Part shown: positions 52,680-63,722 of the stretch, piece after piece
How the letters are laid out: every line of letters starts with the position of its first letter
How positions within the stretch are numbered: position 1 is the stretch's first letter
Origin: Dicyema japonicum
Lineage: Eukaryota; Animalia; Dicyemida
Length of the DNA stretch: 64,000 bases
Direction: 5' to 3'
NCBI GenBank assembly: GCA_011109175.1
Contig: RDEW01000010.1
Location: 186,001 to 250,000, forward strand
Notes under the pieces: generated by a model
Seen by the model: only the letters and a program-made list of their open reading frames with translations
Told to the model about the DNA's origin: nothing
Database searches by the model: none
Position numbers and translations under genes: made by a program

Positions 52680-53915
52680 TTATGGAAGCAGGCAATAATA
52701 TGGCCAATACTAAAACCAGGAAGACCGAGACCCAGCATTTTTTAGACAGGTGTCACTACTATGTTCCATGTCAAAAATCTGAAGAGGCTTGTGCTCGGGA
52801 GAATAAAAGAATTTTTACCAGAGAGGCCTTTTCAACATGGAGTCAAAAATGAGAGATCTACGTCTACATACTTGCAAACATTGACCGACTTCATTCAAGT
52901 CGGATTCACAACCAAGCCGAGAGACTTTAAAACAGTGCTCTGCTCGATTGACATACATAAAGCTTTTAACTCAGTCTAGAGGAAGATTCTATCGAGAAAA
53001 ATATTTCAATCGGAGATCCCAGGGAAGCTAAACTTTGGATCACTAACTTCCTAAGTGGACTAAGGGGACGTGATTGCTGGAGTCTGAAATCAATTCACGG
53101 CTCCTCCCCAACGGAGTCCCACAAGGATCTCCTTTATCCCCTGCTCTGTTTAACCTCTTTCTGGCTGATCTCCCGACTCTTGAATCTGATAATGATGTTC
53201 TACTTTCCTATGCGGATGATATTGTGTTGGCTTCGCGAGATCAGGACATCCAGAAGGCCACAGAAAGAATACAAATTAACCTGGACAGGCTTAATGCTTG
53301 ATAATCGAAAACCGGCTCGTGGTGAATGCAGAGAAGTCGTCTACGTCACTATTTACCTTTTACAAAAGATTGGGAAGAAAGACAGTCACCTTGAAATTAA
53401 ACAAGGTCGGCATCCCTTTCAACAGATGTCAAAGGATCTTGGGTGTGACAATTGATATGCATCTCTGACACCACTTAGAAAACATTCTATTGAAATGCGA
53501 GAAGAAACTGAATGTATTGAAAAGTTCATCGGGAATATGGAAGAGTGGTACTCACCCAGTCTTGATGAACGTATACAAACAGTACATCTAGCCATGTTTC
53601 TCATATGCATGTGCCTCGTGGGACCGTCCATATCTTGGACAGATAAGAGGAAAATTGAGGAAATGCAAAAGAAGGCTTACAGAGTAACGGAGCGTTGGAT
53701 TTGTGAAGATCACCAAACCGGACCTACGACTATGGAGGCCCTCAAGAGACTATACTCCAGATCACGGGAAGGCAGCCCTGAACATTTAGGCAGCCATCCT
53801 GTACATTCATGCGCGCAGAAGGAAGAACACCTGGCAAAGATGAGGTATCTGATAGAATGAATCGGGATCAAGTGATTATTAGTTTGGTTTTAACGTGGTC
53901 TTGGGTTAAATAAAT
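52680..53915 (+). mobile_element. I-group/Jockey-like LINE RT and 3' end
   Basis: WPILKPG, KTVLCSIDIHKAFNSV, NGVPQGSPLSPALFNLF, LSYADDIVL, ILGVTIDM; ends EEHLAKMRYLIE; A-rich tail. Confidence 0.85.
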
Positions 53916-54060
53916 TAAAAAAAATTCATTAAAAATGCTTAAAACTAACATGAAATGAAATTATTTCAAAGATTCAAGGGTAAAACCAAACTAACTAATT
54001 CAATGATCCCAACGTGTTCTCCAAGGAGTGAATGGTTTCCCGGTGGAATAAAGAGCTGAA

Positions 54061-54170
54061 ACATTTAGAATGCTGGCCAGCCATTGGGTGTCTCTATGTA
54101 AGGTGGATCCGATAGAAGGAAGAGAAGTCTTCAATCAAGTGGCCACATGGCACCACGTAGCCAAGTGGAT
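54061..54170 (-). repeat. Degenerate copy of RTE-5'-associated motif
   Basis: GGATCC ACC TTACATA GA GACACC CAA TGGC TGGCC AGCA TT CTAAA, plus the conserved upstream ttgattgaag block. Confidence 0.45.
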
Positions 54171-54710
54171 AAAAATTACTTAAACTTGCTTAATAAAAAT
54201 TCAGAATTAAAAAAAAATGTGATACGAGAATTTTGTTTGAGAATTTAGCATTTTATGATGAAAGAATAGAGTAGTTATAGCCCTAGGGTGAATTCTGCAT
54301 TTTCCATGAGAGAAATAACAAAGTAATATTCTTAAGGTGAAGTTGGCATTTTCTCGGAAGGAAATATCGTAGTTCTGTTCCTAAGGTGGTTTAATATATG
54401 AATCGAAGCATGTAATGCCATTTGAAACCATAATTATTCTTCTTGCATATCGATTATGAGCTAATATCTAATTTCTGTCGATAAGATTTTGAGAATATTT
54501 TTTACTGCACAAGAGTCATTAGGGAAATCAGAAATGCGAGTGTGACACGACTCAGATCCTAGGATACCTAAATTGTTTTCGAACCGGAAAGATCACATTT
54601 GTTTAAATCAAATCAAGATTTTTGAATATTTTATTAAATTTTGTTTTTAATTTAATTTATTCAAATTATATTGGAAATACATAATTCGAGCTAAAAGTTA
54701 ATAAATTTTC

Positions 54711-54723
54711 GTTGCTTAGTAAA
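54711..54723 (+). promoter_or_regulatory. RFX X-box-like element upstream of CCDC81
   Basis: GTTGC-TTA-GTAAA ending 3 nt before ATG 54727; could instead be the 3' end of a 23-nt intron-like sequence. Confidence 0.3.
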
Positions 54724-54726
54724 ATA

Positions 54727-56704
54727 ATGGAGGTCCCCGATAAAAGTTAATTTGCTTAAATAAATAGAACATGCTTGGAACAATTTGTCCACCTTTATAC
54801 TCGAAAAAATGAATAAGGGAAAGGTCATTTAATTAAATAATTTGAGGGAGTGGTTTTACCAAATCTAGGAACATTCACTTTTATTAATGATGCACGTGAC
54901 TCATCGGCGGAAGGCGAATTGAGGCCAATATTTATTCTGTCAGAAAAGATCTGCAATAATTTCAAAATCGAGTCAACCAAGTATAAGCCTGCTAGTAGTT
55001 TGGGATAAATTACAACAAGATGTGATTTCTGTTGAAATTAATTTCTCATGGCTTGCCGAACAGACTGGGTGTAGCAGAGATGACGCCCAGAAGGAAATCA
55101 AACGAATAATGAAGCGATTCAGCAAATCACTCGCAATCTCAAAAAACGTGGATCTCATTTTCAGTCGAATTGGGAAACTGCGAATCAGGAATTCAAAGTA
55201 CAAAATGAAGTTTTATAATTCGTTTTTGTGCGACGTGAACTACGACAAGAAAATAAACAGCGTATGACAATTTTCTAACTAATCAGCGACTCGGTACCTC
55301 AATCACAACAGCGACCAATTACTCCACGTGCGAAAATCCAGTGAGGACGGTCAAGTAATGAATGATTATGAAATAATAGGTCTCAGACAAATTCCATCGC
55401 TAGTCTAGCAGTCGAACCCCCATCGAGTAATTTTGCTACTCAATTTAAAGCCGTGAAAGTCCCCCAATCAACTGTTGACGTAGAATGCGGAGACAAAAGT
55501 CCAGCAGATGAACCCGATGTATGCCTGTTGTAACAAGTAGATCTTACCGGATTTCTCAAACAGTAAATCTCGGTTGTGCAGGCCATGTTTGGAGAAGTCA
55601 TTGTCTAAAAATGACGAATTTTTGAGAATGCAAGAAGACGGAGAGAACAAATCGATGAGGCTGAGTACTACAAGCATATCATGGAACAAAAGGAAGACTT
55701 TGAAAACACAAAGAGAGTACATTTGGACTTAACTAAACTAGAAAGTCGAAGCTTTAAAGAAAATTGAAAGTAAAAAAGTTGCAGCTTTTAATCTTGGGAT
55801 AGCGGAGGCGATTGGAAGTCTCAAAAAGAAGTCATTTTCGCTACAAAATTTAAATGTCGGCAATATTGAAAAACGTGGTACCATCAGCACTCCAACTGAT
55901 GACTTTGATGAGAAGAAAAGATATTTCGCTGATCTAAAAAACAGGTCCCTATTTTGTTGGAGTATTAGATATCCGACAATGTTGTGAGGAAAGCCAAGGA
56001 GAAGACTTTGAAGTTTACGGAAGAACGAAGTAATCTTTTGAAATTAGTGGAGGAGTTTCAACTTTGGTAACTCTAGAGTGGAGTTATTCAACAAAGAGCA
56101 GGAGAAAAAGAAGATAGAAGCAATGGGAGCTTACAAGACTGAGCTCGATCAGCAAGTGGAGAACAAAGTGAGGAAATCTAAGTAGTTAGGCCAAATATGA
56201 AGTCAAACAAGAAGAAAGGGATGAAATCCAGTCATACGTCATTTATCTACAAAACAAACGACATGATTTCTACAATAGAAAGATTGCTGAAAGGACGATG
56301 AAGGAGAATAATGAAGTCGTGAAGGCTGCGGAAAAACGGGCTTTGTTTGAAAAATCGACGAGACAAAAGGAGGAGGAAGAAATCATAAAAAATGCAAAGG
56401 ATAAGTATTTGCTGGTGTAACTTTAGCCTGAAGGACGAACATTTATCAAAATATTTGAAAAATGCAGCTATAAAAGAGCACAATGCACGAGAATGGATTG
56501 AAAAAACCCTCCAAAAACAGCAGAATGATATTATTTCGAGAAAAAGAGAGATTTGAAGCAAATACGTCATTATTATTAGATCAATGTTGTCAGTATAAAG
56601 GATGCGCTCGATGTATGAGATCTTTTAATAATAAACATCGAAAGAACTTCTTCCCCCATTTTAACACACAAACGGGGGAATGTATATCAGCTAATAAGGA
56701 CTAA
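54727..56704 (+). CDS. CCDC81: Coiled-coil domain-containing protein 81 (two HU-like domains)
   Basis: AWNNLSTFIL..KGVVLPNLGTFTF..RPIFILSEK..EINF..KNVDLIFSRIGKLRIRNSKYKMKFY; C-terminal LLDQC..CARC. Confidence 0.85.
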
Positions 56705-56868
56705 CATAGTCTCACACAAATAATATATTCGTTTACAAATAAACAGTTTAACTTAATTTTTCTGAGTCTCACGTTTAAGAATAATTTAAACTCCAAGTTG
56801 ACCAGATAGTGGTTAGTGCTGTCGATTTCCTCATCGCTACCTAATTTGTCCTCTTCCTCATTCCTAGA

Positions 56869-56931
56869 GGCGTCATTGAATCCACCTAACCTTGGAGACA
56901 CCCAATGCCTGACTAGAAGCTAAAAAGGATC
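56869..56931 (+). repeat. Copy of RTE-5'-associated motif
   Basis: GGCGTC ATT GAATCC ACC TAACCTT GGA GACACC CAA TGCC..G CTAAAAA GGATC, followed by the conserved gatacg..ggaactgggtaaaa block. Confidence 0.5.
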
Positions 56932-58108
56932 TCTATAATGGGGGAAACTTGGAAAGGACGTGATGCTGAGAAAGGATACGTTTTACTCCGACCGGGGGAA
57001 CTGGGTAAAACAAATTTCAAGCATATCCTGGGTTATTTGATAATTAATCAAGTGATTAATTGGTCAGTAGACTGAGTTGGTAACGTACTCGATTGCACGA
57101 AATGTCTAATGCGCTTAATGATATGTGAAAATCATTTATTCCTTTTTTGTGAGCGTGGAAGAGGTGATGGACTTGGGAGATATAGAAACTAAATTTCTGA
57201 ACAGAAATGAATGAGGCAGTTTTGAATCTCGTCCAGCCAAATATTGAATCAACATATATATGTTAGAAGTTGTACTAGCAACTACTACATAATCATACAA
57301 ATAATAATCCAATAGATGAGGCAGGCCCGCACAAAGGATTGTTATACAGTCGACGAAAATGGAGCGATCAGCGTCATTAAAATGATACCACCATAGTAGT
57401 AGATTTCTGTCAATGGCGTCAAATTGACAGATCGTGGTTATGAGCGTTCTACGTGGCCACAAGATACGATTAAACTTTACACACGCCCTTACATACGAAC
57501 GTTCCAAGAACAGCTTTACTATCCTACAAGGTGCGTGCTTTAACCTGTTGGCGATAATTTTAACAAATTTTAAAACAATAATAAATTTTATTTTGTGCCG
57601 GCTATTATATTGTCTTTGTAAAGCACTGCCCAAACTGACCCCATTTAGAATGGCATCTTGTACAATGATTAATTCAAAGATACATTGCTATGTTAAAAAT
57701 AACAGCATTGCTACACCAAAAGAGTAAACTTAAAAAAGATATGAAGCTAACCATCGATCTTGCGATAAATACGAAGGCCTAATGCGTGTTTCAAGATTCA
57801 AATAATTGAAGGCAAGTTGACAAGAAATGTTTAACAAAAATAGAACAAGCCAATGTCGCTTCTGATATAGCAAGCTATGAACTCAGCTGAATGGGTGGCA
57901 GTCTAGAAACAAGCAATTTCAGCACAAAACCACGCACAAATTCCAAGTCAAAACCTCGGAGGCTCAGGACCCAAATGGCGTCCATTAGTACGCGAATCGT
58001 TGATATCAAAATGAGGAGAGCCAAAAAGAGCGATTGCTAAATGAGCGTATTTCCATACAAACCGTAGGAGAATAATTACTGATTTATGATTAATAAATGA
58101 TACAATCA

Positions 58109-58810
58109 TTAGTTACCAGAGAGAAATAATGTGCAGCCAAAAATTACTGAAATTGTTTTGCTGATATTTTTGTCTTTAATCATATTCTGTGTTTCATCAA
58201 TAGACAAATGTATGACTTCGATTAGCTCATCCTCAACTCCTCCTCCAACAGAAACATGATCTTCCTCACATACTTCAACGTAAAACAAAGTCATCCTCCG
58301 CCAGATGATGACGTACTTTTAATGTGAGCTAATAACCCACCTCGTTCCTTTGTACTCCAATCTGCTAGCGTCCACTTTATAGCCACACTCTTCTAGAATT
58401 TCCTCCGAACAGATTTCTCCTAGACTTTTTCCTGGTTTATCCACCAGTCCGGCACACAGCTCAATAGTATATCCACGTGACGACGATATACTTGCTGTAT
58501 CAATAGCAACAGTCGCATTTATATCTGCGGATATCAATCCATCCCGAAAACATTCAGATAAATACACTGCAGGCCTAAATTGTCTCACAAAGACCAATTT
58601 CTCTACTGTCTTGTTATAGATTACTGCAGAAACTCTACAACTAACGAATATGACCAACGCATCGTGTCCTGTAGCAACTTCTTTGACCTTTTCACAACCA
58701 TTCTATTAATTACTGTCGTCAATTACTTGTTTGTAGTTCACTATATGAAGTTTGAGGTACTTTGACTCATTTAATGGACAAATCGACACTGCGGTTATGT
58801 CTTCGGTCAT
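58109..58810 (-). CDS. NUDT14: UDP-glucose pyrophosphatase, Nudix family
   Basis: ESKYLKLHIVNYKQNG; LVFVRQFRPAVY; GYTIELCAGLVDKPGKSLGEICSEEILEECGY; TLFYVEV. Confidence 0.9.
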
Positions 58811-59049
58811 AATAAAATTAAATTTTTTAACTTTAATTTTTTAATTATTTTAACAAATTATTATTTTACTATTAAATAAATATTAAACAGCATTTATTAC
58901 ACGTTTTTTTGTATACCACGTATATTAAGTTTTCTCTTACTAAAGCAACATTAATTGTTAACGAATTTCCAAGAGAATTTCAATTACATAATAACCATGA
59001 GTTATTTTGTAAACTATGCTTAACGACAGTTTGCTACCCTTCACAGGTC

Positions 59050-60330
59050 CAAGAAACATAAAATTTCCAATGGTAAGGATTTTTGATGATATAGATAGCT
59101 CGTTTGACAACATTTAGCCAACAAAAATTAAATGAATCTGATGTTGGAAACTGGGATTTGAAGGTGACTAAAGCTCTTCTGAAATGTGACATTCCGCTTA
59201 ACAAATTATCAATGCCTTTGTTCATTGATCTTTTCAAATGCAACCAAATTTCTTTTCCTTCGCAATCGCAAGCAAGGAACTGTGCCAAATATATTACAAA
59301 TGAATACATAGCTTCGTTCAGGGGCATATTCAATTATTTTATCAAATTTTATTTTCTAGAGAACACAAAATTTTTTGCGATAACCGATGAAACTCGAATC
59401 CGAAACAAACGATATGTCGCGGTTTTGATGGGATCAATCAAACTGCCTAAAATTACTTATTTTAACTCATTCAAGCCAATTGAGTCTGCACCTACACAAA
59501 TATTATAGCACAGGTTGTTGATGATTTGATCCGAAATATAATGGTTGAACAAAATAATTTTATGCTTCTTATTTCTGATGCTGCAAGGTATATGACAGCC
59601 GGCATTGTTCAATTCATTTATGATATAGCTGAGAAAATTTAAAAAAAGTTATCCTAATCTTTTTCATGTAAATTGCGTCGCCCATATTTGACATAATTGT
59701 TCAATGGAGGTCAGAAAATCTAATCCAGAAGTAGATGATGTGATAGTTAGTGTACAAGCTTCTATTAGGAAAAACCAAAAGCGAAAATTGTTGTAATCCG
59801 AAATTGGAATTCGGCCCAAAGTCGTATTGACGAGATGGGGTACCCGGTTGAAAAAATTTAATCCCAGTGATTAACATTTTTGAGTTAATTGAGGACGAAG
59901 GCATCTACATAGAATGCATTGAAAGGTGAAAAATAGTACAGAGCTTATGCACTATTTCGCATAATTATTCACATATTCCAGGTTTTTCTTAAATAGTAAT
60001 TTATCAAATAGAAAAAATATTACAATTTCAAAGTAACGAGTGCACAATAGAGTACGCATATTCGACGCTTAGTGCAATAGATTTTGGGAAAGATGAAACA
60101 GGGGTCAAACAATATTTGGAGATGAGAATTTTGGAAAGCGACCTAACTAAAATTATTAATGTGGAATGTAAAAATGTCTCTCCTGAAGATTATTCGTTCC
60201 TTCTATATTGTCAGCCATTCTCGGTATCTGTCGAAAGATGTTTTTTCGCAATTCAAGAGTTTTTTGAGGACAAACAGAAACTTTTGTATACGAAATCTGG
60301 AAAATTACGTAATGTTCATTTTAAATAAAT
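59050..60330 (+). mobile_element. hAT-superfamily (CGGBP1/DUF659-like) transposase, decayed
   Basis: CDIPLNKL, AITDET, LLISDAARYM, LFHVNCVAH, VLTRWGT, SVSVERCF. Confidence 0.75.
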
Positions 60331-60654
60331 AGTCTTTAAAATAACATTTGTTTTTTATTGTTTCGTATCTATTTTTTACAAGTTTAAGGTTAAAAAGTTT
60401 GGTTTATAGGTTAATAAAATTAACATTTTAAGCTTAATTTTTTTTCAAATTTTAAGGTTAAAAAATGTTCGCCCTAGTAATTAATTAAAAATGTTTGGCG
60501 TCCAGAAAAGGTTGAGAGTACTTTAATTTTAAAAGAATAAGATTCCAGTATAATGGAAGATAAATGGCTAGTGTTGTCGCATGTTTTGCATTTAGCAGTC
60601 CGATTATTACCCCGCTAGCTATTTGGTTGAATTTGTCATTCTTCAATTCCTAGA

Positions 60655-60840
60655 GACGTCATTGAATCCATCTAGCTCAAGAAACTCCAATGCCTGGCCG
60701 GTATCCAGGTTCCTTTCTTCTACAGTTGAGTGGCTCCAACAATGGCGGAAGGACGTAATACTTGGAAAGAATATGTCCCACTCAGACAGAGGTAACTGGA
60801 TAAAACCTTTCAGGTATATCAAGGGTTACCAAAAATAGAA
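60655..60840 (+). repeat. Degenerate copy of RTE-5'-associated motif plus downstream block
   Basis: gacgtcattgaatccatctagctc..caatgcctggccgg; gaaggacgtaatacttgg..cactcagac..aactggataaaa homologous to 56940-57020. Confidence 0.45.
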
Positions 60841-61599
60841 AACTCATTGTTGTTTATCTTTCCTCTATTCAGCCAGATGTCCAATCTTCTATAGATGAAC
60901 CGCAGCGTGGGCCAAAATTTCTGAAATCTAAATATTGTCAAGTAATTTAAACATTTCCAAAAAAATTATATAAATATATTGAGGAGTGTCATGGGTACGG
61001 GGAAACGGTCATGACAATGGGGATATAGCCTAACGTCTACATCAGTTGGAGTTACAATGATCTCGTATTTATTCAAAAAGGGTTCATTAGGTGGTGTCCT
61101 CTCTTCATGGTCGTTGTAACGTCTTGAGGTCTATCACAGTCAAAAAAAGTCAGCAAAAAGACTAGAATTATATTGATTGCTTTTTTTCCAATTGATATGA
61201 GAATAAATCTTCTGTTTCTATTGTCAACAAAATGCTATACCAGATTGTCGTCTGAGCAATTGTTTAGAAGGCATCCAAACATTTTCAGGATTTGAGTGTG
61301 GATTGTATCCACTCATATTGTGATGTTATATGTACCCGGGTCACAATTTCAGATTTAATAAAGCAATCTTGAATATGCGGAATTAATAAGTATCTTGAAT
61401 CTAGATTTTCTGTCATTGAGTATTACATTTCTCCATACATTACGGCTATTCGATAAAATCTCCTTCAATATCTATTCAGTAAAATTTTACGTTTGAATTA
61501 CATTATTCTATATTTTAACTAAGTTTTTATTAGCTGTTTCATATTTAAAATAAATTTGTCATAAAGTCAAAAAATCGCCCTACTTATAATCCAGTAGAC

Positions 61600-62000
61600 G
61601 TCAAGTCCTCAGAAACACATCATAAATGCGATTTCCGATTAGTGTGGTCATCCGGATCATTAAGAGATATCTCCTTCCATACGTTTATAGCTACTGATGG
61701 TGACAGAGTCCTGAATAACAGTTAAGGACGGTATCCACAAAATTCTTAGATGAATTAAAGGAGGACAAATGCAGTGTCGAAAGTACAGTAAGATTCATCC
61801 CACCAACACATGCAGGAAGAGTTGCACTTCCATGATTGACTTAAAGAGAGATAGAAGGTCTTCATCGTGAAAAGGATTTTGGGAAGCAGAAGGCAGTTTT
61901 TGATCACAAAAAGTCCAACATGGTTGTCCAGAAAGGTCAATCTGTTGACGAACTTTCCCAGAATCGTTCTATGGCTTTATTCCCACACCAAGAAATTCCC
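61600..62000 (-). mobile_element. CRE-like RT/thumb fragment
   Basis: LTFLDNHVGLFVIKNCLLLPKILF resembles LEMLDAHTSLFLLRNALSAQKLNY of the 16800 element. Confidence 0.55.
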
Positions 62001-62095
62001 AAGAAATCAGTATACCAAGTCTTAATATAATTTGAGTAAACTAAATGTTGATGAACTAACCCAATTTATTAGTAAAATGAAATTAGTTAACATAA

Positions 62096-63722
62096 CTATT
62101 CAGATACCTCCATGGTAGACGCTACTGTTGCAGCTATGTAAAGTTGAGATTTGTCTAAATATTAATAAAGTAGAAAACCTAGGAGATTTTTAAATTTAGG
62201 ATGTTTCCCAATCACTCTGGGAAGAAAATAAGTGGGAATAGCTGTCGCAGTAATCAGAATTCCACATCCCGCTGCATATGGGGCAGCAACGACGGAAGCA
62301 ATGATAAGGGACCCTACAATCAGAATAAATATAATCGCAATTGGAATGGGAGCCTATAATAAGAAGGAATCGATACCTTAATTGGTCTGTTTGTATCTGG
62401 TTCTTTTTTACGAAGATACATGAGTCCAATCAGGGAAAGTATCACTGCAAGCCAATTCATAATGCTGGTGTAATTTAACAGAGCTTCAACGTCCCCGGCT
62501 AGTGTGTAGAACATGGATAGTAATCCCTGTTAAATAAAAGTAATCCAACAGTAACTATCGTAGCTACCACAGGTGTATTATATTTTAAATTTATAGTGTT
62601 AGTAATCTTGGGCATGTGACCATTCCGTCCAGCAACGAAAAACAGCCTACCATTTCAAACCAATGATAACCTTGATGTCGAAATGGTGATTCCATTCACA
62701 GCACCAAAGGTCGAGCAGGCGACCCCAGCAGCCAAAACATAACCAAAAATGGGGTGTATTTTGTCTCCAAAAGTCTATAATGTAGGAAATATAAAACTAG
62801 AGCGATTGCCTTAGAATTAATTATTTCCTCAATGCTCAAATCAGAATAATATGCTAATATTGCTAAGACATATATGACCATGATAAAAAATAATGATAAA
62901 AATAGACTCAATGGTAGATCCCTGATAGTTTATTATACATCATACTTTTTTACATTTTTCATTTCTTCAGCGACAGTGTTGAGAAATTGCCTACAATATC
63001 AAAGAGTCAAACCATCCATTGTAGGAAAATAATCCTCCATAGTGAGCCAGGGCAATCAACGAAAAGTCCCTTGTTGTGCCTTCAAACCCGGTATTGAGGG
63101 TACTCAAATCACCTGAAATATCAATATTTATAACCAGTTGCTAGATTGTAGAATCCTGTGAATATGATTGAAAGCAATGCTAAAATTTTGATAATACTGA
63201 ATATATCTTGAATCATAGTTGAAGCCCTGACACTCAGACAATTTATAGTTGTCACGATCACTGGGATTACAAAAATGTATTACTTATACATAAACTTCCT
63301 AAAAGGAGGACAACTGACCTCATTGAGTCACAAGCTGGGTAAATTGGTTTCAGGAGGTATATTGCAAATGTAAGAGATACAATTGCATTTAACGAAGGCC
63401 TTATTACGATAATTTCGACCCAGATTCGAACGAAAGCAGCAAATGAACCAAATGCTCTCATAATATAAATGTAGTCTCCACCAGAACTAGGGATCATTGT
63501 CCCCAATTCTGCATAACACAATGACCCCATAAGAGATAATATTCCACAATTTATCCAAACAATAAATGACATGCCAATACTTCCAGTCTGTTTGAGCACA
63601 GTAGTAGAACTTATGAAAATTCCTGAACCAATTACAGACCCAATAATGATTGACATTGAGCTGAGCAATGATATATTTTTCCCAAGCTTATGCTCATTTT
63701 CATCTTGAGTGTCCAGGTGCAT
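62096..63722 (-). CDS. SLC7 L-type amino acid transporter light chain (LAT family)
   Basis: IIIGSVIGSGIFIS; SLCYAELGTMIPSSGGDYIYI; KPIYPAC retains the Cys used for SLC3 heavy-chain linkage; LRKKEPDTNRPIKV. Confidence 0.9.
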
